Position numbers and translations under genes: made by a program
Notes under the pieces: model-generated
Database searches by the model: none
What the model saw: the letters and a program-made list of their open reading frames with translations, nothing else
What the model was told of the DNA's origin: nothing
In this document: positions 56,422 to 64,000 of the stretch, piece after piece
Numbering within the stretch: position 1 is the stretch's first letter
Layout: each line of letters opens with the position of its first letter
IMG/VR virus record: IMGVR_UViG_3300027770_000025
Span: 124,001-188,000 of that record
DNA: 64,000 nt
Strand: one strand, 5' to 3'

Positions 56422-57633
56422 TTAATTTGATAAAGGTGCTTTAATTGAAGGGTGTGATTGGTAATTTTCAACAACAAAATCAGTATTATCCAAATGTGTG
56501 ATTAAACTTAAATCTTCACCTAAGGATTTATAAAAATTATCGGTCTTCATATGTTTTAATGTTGGTAACGGAAATGGATCTCTAGTTTTTACCCTCGGGA
56601 TATCCCATTGATCAATCTCTAAATGTGATAGAGTTTCAGGGCCTCCAGCATTATAGATTTGATTAAACATTTCTTGTGTAACCATTTCTCTTCTTTCCTC
56701 CAGACTCAGAACCCTACCAATTTGTTCTTTCGCTTGCTCAATGTGATTCAAATACAAATGGGTATCCCCCAAGTTGCCAATTAGCTCATCGGGTACCATA
56801 TCCACTGCTTTTGCAATGATTTCAAGTAACAAACCGTAACTAGCAATATTAAACGGTAAACCTAAGAATGTATCTACTGAACGCTGATTCCACATTAAAG
56901 AGATTGCTCGGGTTGGAATATTGTAATCATCCCATCCTTTTGGAGTCATTGGTCCATTTATAGCATATGATTCTTTTATGGTTGAATTTGTTAATGCTAG
57001 CTGCTCTCGTTCATTGTAACTTAACTCTCTTGTATAAACTTGAAATCCATAATGACAAGGTGGAAGAACCATTTGGTCTAATTCACCTACATTCCAAGCA
57101 TTAACCATTAATCGTCTTGAGTCTGGATTTGTTTTAAGGTCGTTAATTAGATTTTGGATTTGGTCTATTTGTTTTGTATAAACACCAGGGTCAACTATTT
57201 TCTCATCACGAGTTGCATTTCGGTTCCAACTTCTCCATTGCTTTCCATACACAGGTCCAAGGTCACCCCACTTCTTAGCAAACTCATCATCTGTTTTGAT
57301 TTTGTTTATGAATTCTTGATAAGTACAACCTTTGATCAATTGTCTTGATTGCTGTTCACAATAGTTCTTATAAGCATCACCATCCCAAATATGACAATTA
57401 TTATCAACAAGGAACTTAATGTTTGTATCACCACGCAAGAACCACATTAGTTCTGTTGCGATAAGTCTGAACGGCATCTTCTTTGTTGTAAGTAATGGAA
57501 ACCCCTCACTCATTTTATGTCTAATCTGTCTACCAAACACTGAAAGAGTACCACCGTTTCTTGTTTCTTTTTTTACACCATTATCAAGGATGTCTTGTAG
57601 GAGTAATTGGTATTGTTTATCTAGGTTATTCAT
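56422..57633 (-). CDS. thyA: Thymidylate synthase with three insertions
   Basis: FPLLTTKK, ELMWFLRG, IWD, LGPVYGKQWR, SRR, LPPCH, QRSVD..LGLPFNIASY, HLYLNH. Confidence 0.95.
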   Translation of the reverse strand: MNNLDKQYQLLLQDILDNGVKKETRNGGTLSVFGRQIRHKMSEGFPLLTTKKMPFRLIATELMWFLRGDTNIKFLVDNNCHIWDGDAYKNYCEQQSRQLIKGCTYQEFINKIKTDDEFAKKWGDLGPVYGKQWRSWNRNATRDEKIVDPGVYTKQIDQIQNLINDLKTNPDSRRLMVNAWNVGELDQMVLPPCHYGFQVYTRELSYNEREQLALTNSTIKESYAINGPMTPKGWDDYNIPTRAISLMWNQRSVDTFLGLPFNIASYGLLLEIIAKAVDMVPDELIGNLGDTHLYLNHIEQAKEQIGRVLSLEERREMVTQEMFNQIYNAGGPETLSHLEIDQWDIPRVKTRDPFPLPTLKHMKTDNFYKSLGEDLSLITHLDNTDFVVENYQSHPSIKAPLSN

Positions 57634-58027
57634 TAATAATCTCGTTTAATCGTTTAATTTCTGCTATCACATCATCCCCCAATTCGATCTTGGACATCAT
57701 GGTTAGATCCACTACTTGATTAGTTAGTAATTCAATTAATTCATCTCTAAATTTAATTTGTTTATGTTGTACTTGTGTATACTCATCGATCATCCACTTT
57801 ATCTTATCAAACTCAGATCGAATGTCATCGTTTAGTCTATTTAATTGAGTATCTGCTGTTATTGTTTTTTCCATATTTTTTATTAGTTCATATCGTTCAA
57901 CTTGTGGTTTTACTACAGTGTCTATAATATGTTGTGCCTTGCGATTGAATTCTTCTACATCTATTTTCATTAGTTCTTTACGTTTTTCTGGGTGTCTCCA
58001 CTTTCCATAGTTAGGCCATTTATTCAT
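57626..58027 (-). CDS. Hypothetical protein carrying a duplicated segment at its C-terminus
   Basis: Probable start at 58027 overlapping the upstream stop codon. Confidence 0.65.
   Translation of the reverse strand: MNKWPNYGKWRHPEKRKELMKIDVEEFNRKAQHIIDTVVKPQVERYELIKNMEKTITADTQLNRLNDDIRSEFDKIKWMIDEYTQVQHKQIKFRDELIELLTNQVVDLTMMSKIELGDDVIAEIKRLNEIINE
57633..57719 (-). repeat. 87-bp imperfect direct repeat (partner at 58201-58287)
   Basis: Both copies encode QVVDLTMMSKIELGDDVI.EIKRLN.IIN. Confidence 0.9.
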
Positions 58028-58343
58028 AACGTTCCAATTGATTTTCGTTGAAGATGTGTAATAGTCCATATTCATCCATTTCACCAATCACCCGGACTTC
58101 ACCAGCAATTGTTTCAAATACACCTACAATTGTGCAAGGAAATTTATAACCTTTTGGTTTGTGTGCCTTATAACCAACCTTAAATTTTGGTTCTGTTTGA
58201 TTAATAATACCGTTTAATCGTTTAATCTCATCAATCACATCATCACCCAATTCAATTTTGGACATCATGGTTAGATCTACTACTTGAGAATATAATACTT
58301 TGATTAACAGGTCTTTTGCTTCTTCCTTATTTATTTTTCTCAT
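58020..58343 (-). CDS. Hypothetical protein with duplicated N-terminal segment and small beta C-domain
   Basis: KFKVG...GTIVGVF...HIFNENQL. Confidence 0.7.
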   Translation of the reverse strand: MRKINKEEAKDLLIKVLYSQVVDLTMMSKIELGDDVIDEIKRLNGIINQTEPKFKVGYKAHKPKGYKFPCTIVGVFETIAGEVRVIGEMDEYGLLHIFNENQLERYE

Positions 58344-58451
58344 GATTTTTATTTTAATAAATTTTAATAGTGGAGTATTATGTTATGTCTACAAATCTCT
58401 TACCAACTTCGTAGTATTTTTCCAAAACCCACTCTAGCAATTTCTCTTTTG

Positions 58452-58522
58452 TAGCCAGGACAGGAATCGAACCTGTGTACTCCGACTTAAAAGGTCGGGC
58501 TTTACCATTAAGCCACCTGGCT
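58452..58522 (-). tRNA. trnK: tRNA-Lys(UUU), 71 nt, CCA not encoded
   Basis: Hand fold: AGCCAGG/CCTGGCT acceptor, GCTT/AAGC D stem, CCGAC/GTCGG with CTTTTAA loop, ACAGG-TTCGATT-CCTGT T arm. Confidence 0.85.
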
Positions 58523-58532
58523 ATTTTATTTT

Positions 58533-58832
58533 TTATTTATTATATTCTTCCCAATTGCTATATTTTAATCCCCATTGTAAATTATTCCACATCATTTCAC
58601 GTTCGGCTAATGCTTTATTCATTTTAAGATTTTTACGTAGGTAAGCAATCCCCCATTTTTTCCATTCTTCAGACTGCTCAACAGTCATTAAGTATTCTAA
58701 AAACCATTTATCTTTACCTAAAATGTCATTATAAGTAACATCATAACCGGCAATAATAAACATTTGGTTAATCAAGTCAACAACTGCTTTTTCTCGTTTT
58801 TGGTCTCTAGTTAATCGTTTTTTAGTTTCCAT
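58533..58832 (-). CDS. Hypothetical protein
   Basis: Packed ORF. Confidence 0.65.
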   Translation of the reverse strand: METKKRLTRDQKREKAVVDLINQMFIIAGYDVTYNDILGKDKWFLEYLMTVEQSEEWKKWGIAYLRKNLKMNKALAEREMMWNNLQWGLKYSNWEEYNK

Positions 58833-58862
58833 AATTCATTCTTTCCCTTTACGAATCTTATT

Positions 58863-59054
58863 TTAATCCCCATTTTCCGTGCTTATTTCTCCGGTTTCCA
58901 AATCAAACCAAACTGTCTCTGGCCCTTCGTTACCCATCTGTGATAGAGCTTTCTGCAGCATTGGTCCTAAAACTTGATTCATCCATTGATCCTGGGTCAG
59001 ATCAGAATCTGGATTATCCTTTAGGTAATTTTTGTACTGTGATTCTAATGTCAT
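58863..59054 (-). CDS. Small hypothetical protein
   Basis: Packed ORF. Confidence 0.55.
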   Translation of the reverse strand: MTLESQYKNYLKDNPDSDLTQDQWMNQVLGPMLQKALSQMGNEGPETVWFDLETGEISTENGD

Positions 59055-59072
59055 ATCAATTTATTTTTAATA

Positions 59073-60068
59073 TTAATGTGATCCGAAGCCAACCTCTTTT
59101 TGCTTCTTACCTTTTGGCGTTTTTTTCATACCCTTAAGATGCTCTATCGCATTTTCGTATTTGTTGTCTAGCAACACAACAGAAATGAAAAGTTCTTTTA
59201 AATGAGACATAGAAAGATCCTCAGTATCATCTAACCATTTCTCGATGTTGATATCAATTTTATTATCTCCGATTTTATTTTCCAGGTAGGATTTTCTAAC
59301 CTCTCTAGAAGGTGGGGAAACGTAATATCTTCGGTCAAACCGTGAGGGTCTATTAGTAATCCTTTCCTCTAGTTTTTCTGGATAGTTCGTTGTTGCTATG
59401 TAAACAACATTTTCAATTTGTTTAATTCCGTCAAGAATATTAAGTAACACTGAAGTTGAATAATTACTATCCCCTGCAACGCTATCGATATCTTCGATAA
59501 CAACAACTAGCGGACGATTAGGTTCAATTTGTCTTAACTTTGGAACCATTTCAACATATGCTTTGATAGAGTCTTCGTTTTTAATATTGATAACAACACC
59601 AGATAACTCCCTGATGATGTGCATCATGCAAAGCTGTAAAATACCTGACTTACCACATCCAGGATCTCCATATAAAAGAATACCTCTTTTGTGCATAAGC
59701 TTATATGATTTATAAAGTTCTGCTTTTTTCCAGAATGATTTTATATCAGTTAGGATTTCTCCAATCTCAACTGTTGGAAGCTCATATAACTCATCGGTAT
59801 TAATGGCTTGTCTCATTACACACCACTCATTGGCTCTGCCATTCCATTCAAGTTCATATAGACCAGCAGGAAGTTGTTTCTCTGCTTTAGGAGCTGCGAT
59901 ATAACTACCGTCGCCCATCACAGACCACTGTGCAAAATCTAGTTTTTTCTCCTCATCCACCGAATCTGATGGAACAGCTTCAACATTAAGATAGTCATCA
60001 ACTTCTATTTCAATATTTGGCATACCTAAATCTGCCAGTAATCTTTCCTTAATTCTTCTGCTTGCCAT
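59073..60068 (-). CDS. AAA+ ATPase
   Basis: GILLYGDPGCGKS, VIEDID, LLNILDG, ATTNYPEKL, RPSRFDR. Confidence 0.92.
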   Translation of the reverse strand: MASRRIKERLLADLGMPNIEIEVDDYLNVEAVPSDSVDEEKKLDFAQWSVMGDGSYIAAPKAEKQLPAGLYELEWNGRANEWCVMRQAINTDELYELPTVEIGEILTDIKSFWKKAELYKSYKLMHKRGILLYGDPGCGKSGILQLCMMHIIRELSGVVINIKNEDSIKAYVEMVPKLRQIEPNRPLVVVIEDIDSVAGDSNYSTSVLLNILDGIKQIENVVYIATTNYPEKLEERITNRPSRFDRRYYVSPPSREVRKSYLENKIGDNKIDINIEKWLDDTEDLSMSHLKELFISVVLLDNKYENAIEHLKGMKKTPKGKKQKEVGFGSH

Positions 60069-60160
60069 TTTATGTAGATTATATTATTTTATATTTTTGA
60101 ATATTTTTTAGTTTCGGTTTAATCCTCACTAAATAGTGGGTTTGGTTTTTTATGAACATA

Positions 60161-60505
60161 CTAATTCCAATTGTTAGCTAAATAATTTATAATAAAATAC
60201 GAGATCTTATACCCAGTAAAAGCACCAAGTGCTGAGGGTATCGGAAACACTATTAGTTTTCCGAGATCGGTTACATACTTTGGTCTGTTTACAATTCTCC
60301 CTAAGTAAGAATAATAAACAAGATAACTCACTAATACAGCAAAGTCAACCCTTGTTGCTATAAAAACAACCAGGGTAGCACTAATAAATCCATAAATGAA
60401 ATTATCCCTAACTCCTTCCCAAATCTCTGCCGTGGTAGCATCTTTATATTCCTTAACTATTTTATTAATCGAAGTAATCTTTTTACCAGGTTTCTGTATT
60501 TCCAT
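60161..60505 (-). CDS. Membrane protein
   Basis: Multiple hydrophobic segments; under an early promoter. Confidence 0.7.
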   Translation of the reverse strand: MEIQKPGKKITSINKIVKEYKDATTAEIWEGVRDNFIYGFISATLVVFIATRVDFAVLVSYLVYYSYLGRIVNRPKYVTDLGKLIVFPIPSALGAFTGYKISYFIINYLANNWN

Positions 60506-60510
60506 TTCTA

Positions 60511-60542
60511 CAAATATAATGTTTGACTACGTATTAAAAAAA
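60511..60542 (-). promoter_or_regulatory. Early promoter copy
   Basis: TTTTTTTAATACG-N11-TATATTTG. Confidence 0.7.
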
Positions 60543-61193
60543 TTAAATAGCGGATTCTTTTAAACTTTTTATCTGAGCTTCGTATAGCTTATTCTTATCC
60601 TCAAGCAAGATAAGATTGCTTCTTGTATTTTTCCAGTAGTAGTAGAACTTGTCGCAAAGTTTTTTTGTTAGTTCAATCTTTTCTTTGTGTAGGAATCTAG
60701 GCTCCTTTATAGTAGTGACCACACCATAGGAACTTACGTACATTAACCCTGCATAATCAGGAACTTCCTCCTTTTTAATTAGACCCTCGGGTACGCAATA
60801 ATAGAATTTATTGGGTCTAAATTTCCATTCTATCGGGCCATAGTAATGTTCAGATATCTTTTTCTTTGTTACTGAATCAGTATGATATCTATACTTCTTT
60901 TTCATATAGACACCTTCGTTTAGTATCCTGTGTTTGTTAGTTTTTTTGAAATCATTTAAGAAATCACCTCTGCTAATTTTTATTTCTATCTCATAGCAGT
61001 ATCCACTTTTCTGAACTACTAGAAAATCGGTTTCCCAGTCATCTTTGAAAAGATAAAGATTCCCTGCGGTGTACTTTATATTTCCGCTGTCAAATCTTTT
61101 TTCTAAATTATTCTGGATTGTTTTTTCTGTGTGTTTTTTATCTAGCATTTCTAATTTTTTAATCCCACCACCCGCGAAGACCTGTTCCGTCAA
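60543..61193 (-). CDS. PD-(D/E)xK nuclease-like protein (MmcB-like)
   Basis: ETDFLVV..YEIEIKISRGDFLND; NKFYYCVP..VPDYAGL. Confidence 0.7.
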   Translation of the reverse strand: MTEQVFAGGGIKKLEMLDKKHTEKTIQNNLEKRFDSGNIKYTAGNLYLFKDDWETDFLVVQKSGYCYEIEIKISRGDFLNDFKKTNKHRILNEGVYMKKKYRYHTDSVTKKKISEHYYGPIEWKFRPNKFYYCVPEGLIKKEEVPDYAGLMYVSSYGVVTTIKEPRFLHKEKIELTKKLCDKFYYYWKNTRSNLILLEDKNKLYEAQIKSLKESAI

Positions 61194-61815
61194 ACCATTT
61201 ATAATAATGATCCTCGTCTTTGTGCTCTTCTTCGGTTAGTGATTCTAATATTTTTTGATATTCCCTGCGATCCTGGCCCTCTATAATTCTCCATAGCTCT
61301 TTCCATTCCTCTTGAGCTATTTCATGGGATCTTTCAAACACCTTTCTGTTGTGAGCTTTCTCCTCTTCAGTTTCTTTATCAATCAATTTAGAATATCCTG
61401 GCTTATCATCAACAGCTTCGAATTCCCAATCGTGGTTTATAATCTCCCCTAATTCTGCCTCAGCCATTTCGATATACAGATCCTCGTTATAGTTCCGCAT
61501 AAGCTCCGCAGCTCTCTTCATCGCTTTAACTTTTTTTAGTCTGCTGATGTCAACCTCGTGGCCATGTTTTTCCATTTTGTCTCCCATATCAGAAATCCCT
61601 ATTTCCATGAATTTAAGTAAAGAGTGATGATCCCACCAGTAGTGATTTGCTAGAGGCTTTCTGAATTTCCAAACATTTTTCAGAAATCTTGGAATGTCGT
61701 ATCTGAAAAGTGAGTAGGTTTTATACCACCATGTATTGTGTCTTATTAATCTTTTGATGCTATCGCCAAATGTGTCTGCAAACTCTACTTTCATAAAAAA
61801 TGGTTTGTTTTTCAT
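61159..61815 (-). CDS. Hypothetical phage protein
   Basis: 218-aa ORF ending in GWWD. Confidence 0.7.
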   Translation of the reverse strand: MKNKPFFMKVEFADTFGDSIKRLIRHNTWWYKTYSLFRYDIPRFLKNVWKFRKPLANHYWWDHHSLLKFMEIGISDMGDKMEKHGHEVDISRLKKVKAMKRAAELMRNYNEDLYIEMAEAELGEIINHDWEFEAVDDKPGYSKLIDKETEEEKAHNRKVFERSHEIAQEEWKELWRIIEGQDRREYQKILESLTEEEHKDEDHYYKWFDGTGLRGWWD

Positions 61816-61840
61816 AGATTATGATCAATACAAAGTTCCA

Positions 61841-61872
61841 CAAAAAAAGCCAGATAAACTATATCTGGCTTT
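61841..61872 (-). terminator. Intrinsic terminator
   Basis: GCCAGATA/TATCTGGC stem followed by T7 on -. Confidence 0.75.
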
Positions 61873-61891
61873 AAATATTATAGATTTTTAA

Positions 61892-62311
61892 TTATTCCTC
61901 ATCTTCCTCATCTTCATCTTCCTCGCCTTCTTCTTTCTCCCCATCTTCAACTTCTGGTTTTTCGTCGTCTTCAACTTCAACCTCTATGTTTTCCGGTTCG
62001 AATAATTCTTCTCCTGATTCTTCTGATGATCCTTCACCTTCAATTTCGTTTCTGATCCAATCAGCAACTTCTTGAATATCGTCTTTAGATGTAGCAATAT
62101 GATCAGCAGCCCAATCGTGACCATTCTTAAGATGATTATCGACTTCTTCTGGATCCATTTTAAGAATCTCTTCTATGTAATGTTTAATGGAAGTTAAGTT
62201 CGCAAAAAACATGTAATGCTGTTTCTCCTGACCTCCATCCATGTGGTTGTCGTCTTCCACTATTTCCGTAGCTTTTTTCTTGAAGTCGTCAAATGATACT
62301 ATTCTTTCCAT
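61892..62311 (-). CDS. Acidic protein, probable internal head protein
   Basis: MERIVSFDDF; DWAADHIATSKDDIQEV; GATATATA at 62334-62341. Confidence 0.72.
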   Translation of the reverse strand: MERIVSFDDFKKKATEIVEDDNHMDGGQEKQHYMFFANLTSIKHYIEEILKMDPEEVDNHLKNGHDWAADHIATSKDDIQEVADWIRNEIEGEGSSEESGEELFEPENIEVEVEDDEKPEVEDGEKEEGEEDEDEEDEE

Positions 62312-62349
62312 TTTTTAAATTTTTATGTTTATGTATATATCTATCTTCA

Positions 62350-62940
62350 CTATCTAATTATGTAATCTGTGTATTTAGGCTTTGCCGGTGTTTCGTTTGG
62401 AAAATAATACTTTATTGTCTTTTTAGACTTTTCTAGGTATATCGTTTTATAAAATCCGCTAGGAACGGTGGCTCCCGTTGGGAGTTTAATTGATTTCTTA
62501 TCAAAAACTAGCGTTATAGTAACTGTTACTTTCTCTCTTTTAGCTAATTCCCTCTCATATTCCTCTAGCATTCTCCAAACCCCTCTGTTTAAATATTGGT
62601 TTTGTAAAGCGCAGTTTAAATAACTAAATGTTTGGTGCAAAAGCTCCTTAGTGCAATTGAAATCAGCTGCAGGTGCTAAATGCCCTTTATCATAAATATT
62701 CTTTACGTAATCTTCATTATCTGATGTTTTGATCGAGTCATTGGTATAAAAATCCATGCCTGCTCTAGAAGCCGTCCCATTTGGACACTGTACGATATAT
62801 TGTATCCAGGTGGGCTGTTCTAATTTTTCGCTGTATACCACTTCATATATTGGGGTTTTTACCTTAACCTCTTCTCTAAATTTCTGCCCAAATACTAAGG
62901 TCGGTAATAATAGTATTAATATTAATTTTTTCATTAACAA
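62350..62940 (-). CDS. Secreted DNA/RNA non-specific endonuclease (NucA/EndA family)
   Basis: Signal peptide; YDKGHLAPAAD, NCALQ, LNRGVW..LE, VPSGFYK. Confidence 0.88.
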   Translation of the reverse strand: MLMKKLILILLLPTLVFGQKFREEVKVKTPIYEVVYSEKLEQPTWIQYIVQCPNGTASRAGMDFYTNDSIKTSDNEDYVKNIYDKGHLAPAADFNCTKELLHQTFSYLNCALQNQYLNRGVWRMLEEYERELAKREKVTVTITLVFDKKSIKLPTGATVPSGFYKTIYLEKSKKTIKYYFPNETPAKPKYTDYIIR

Positions 62941-62971
62941 TTTTTACTACTATTTATCAAAATATCTGAAT

Positions 62972-63985
62972 TTATTTAGTCCAGCTCCTAGCCTCTATAG
63001 CATCCATTACCTGCTTTGCCGATATTCTCTTGGTGCATTCAAATTGTCTAGATGTTCCTTTATGCTCTGGACACCAGAACCAATCCCCGGGATCAAATGG
63101 GAATTTTTCGGGTGAGTTAAAACAGGAATTACAAACGTCTTCCTTGTGGACCCTAATACAATCCTCATCAAACTCATTATCCTTCTTGGTTACCCCTGAT
63201 ATCACGACAACTTTTTTCCCTAGTGCATGTGCCACCCAAGATAATCCACTGGAAAGCCCTACGAAGAATTCGCAATGCTCTATCCAGTGCATCATTTCTG
63301 TAAGCTCCATGCCTGTCTTATTCATGCAGTTCTTAGGGATCTCGTTCCAATTTCCTTCTGTACCAAAGCTATAATATCGATCTATACAAACTGGGGTTAG
63401 TCCCTTCTTAGTAAGAAGGTCACATAATTTTTCCCAAGAATTGTTATTGTTCCAATGCTTAGCCTGAGCCGTACTATGGCTGGAGAAGCAAACATACTTC
63501 TTATTTAAAGGAGAAGGTTTACCAGATGTCTTTAACTGTGGTCTAACTTTGCCCATATCGGCTAATCCTAGCTGTTTAGCGAAGCCTATTTGTAAAGGTA
63601 AGTCATAGATATAGTCACAGCATATAATGTCTGTATAAGCGCTTAAATCGCCTGGCATTTGTATCAGATTCACATTGGGATATAGATCTTGATACAGAAA
63701 CCCAAAATTACCAACAACATCGCATTCAATCCCATGTCTTTTAGCGTACTCGTCTGCATACGGCATGAACGATATGGTATCACCCAATGCAGCTGTTTTT
63801 AAAATTATAAGCGGATTATGGGATTTAACGTGATTGGGGCTAAAGTAAGATATTATCTGATCCGTGTTTAGCACTCTATAAAATCCAGACTCGTCATCAC
63901 CATTATATTTAAAATGTGGTACATAAATGTCTTCAAGGTATTTTGATTTTTCAGATATTGAAGGAATACACTTAGTCGAAGACAC
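62972..63985 (-). CDS. Autotransporter-type O-heptosyltransferase, Aah/TibC-like (GT9 fold)
   Basis: ALGDTISFMPY, STAQAKHWNN, FVGLSSGLSW, VISG, CNSCFN..WFWCPEHKGT..FECTKRI. Confidence 0.8.
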   Translation of the reverse strand: MSSTKCIPSISEKSKYLEDIYVPHFKYNGDDESGFYRVLNTDQIISYFSPNHVKSHNPLIILKTAALGDTISFMPYADEYAKRHGIECDVVGNFGFLYQDLYPNVNLIQMPGDLSAYTDIICCDYIYDLPLQIGFAKQLGLADMGKVRPQLKTSGKPSPLNKKYVCFSSHSTAQAKHWNNNNSWEKLCDLLTKKGLTPVCIDRYYSFGTEGNWNEIPKNCMNKTGMELTEMMHWIEHCEFFVGLSSGLSWVAHALGKKVVVISGVTKKDNEFDEDCIRVHKEDVCNSCFNSPEKFPFDPGDWFWCPEHKGTSRQFECTKRISAKQVMDAIEARSWTK

Positions 63986-64000
63986 AAAGTCCTTGACTAT

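Noticed and set aside
58452-58522. tRNA read as a UUA (ochre) suppressor by shifting the loop
   Set aside because: The shifted register destroys the anticodon stem; CCGAC/GTCGG places UUU centrally.
2468-63374. Numerous other overlapping ORFs in the track (e.g. 2468, 2978, 3894, 10069, 15349, 16587, 20507, 31683, 47181, 47956, 52398, 63030)
   Set aside because: Antisense or out-of-frame shadows of well-supported genes, with no recognisable motifs.
1-64000. Alternative genetic code (stop reassignment known in some large phages)
   Set aside because: Recognisable enzymes are full length under code 11, and the genome is densely tiled without read-through.
1-64000. CRISPR array
   Set aside because: No regularly spaced repeat-spacer array; all tandem repeats found are in-frame coding repeats.

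Overview
64 kb of AT-rich, densely coding DNA, best read as part of a large (jumbo/huge) T4-like tailed phage of a Bacteroidota host. Standard genetic code. No CRISPR array, rRNA or IS element seen. Host evidence: 11 copies of a promoter containing the Bacteroidota -7 element TAnnTTTG, and A-rich upstream regions without Shine-Dalgarno sites. A second motif, GATATATA (cf. T4 late TATAAATA), precedes genes whose products start with a T4 internal-protein-like capsid-targeting sequence (e.g. MKNLKLYEEF, MTNILDFTSFINE). Content: RNA repair genes (Rnl1, Rnl2-type, kinase, phosphoesterases) and one tRNA-Lys; nucleotide metabolism (ThyA, GuaB/GuaC-like, 5'(3')-nucleotidase); Dda-like helicase; two glycan-synthesis clusters and an Aah/TibC-type heptosyltransferase; an extended lysis region; many small hypothetical ORFs. 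Most unusual: (1) a tandemly duplicated convergent two-gene cassette pairing a late, apparently virion-targeted OmpA-domain protein with an early secreted partner, in which only the promoter and targeting heads are conserved (32.3-36.4 kb); (2) a catalytically dead gp21-like protease gene next to a gp23-like C-terminal fragment, outside any head module (5.3-6.8 kb); (3) a set of enzymes that appear tagged for capsid packaging. All family calls are from motif recognition by eye; no searches were run.
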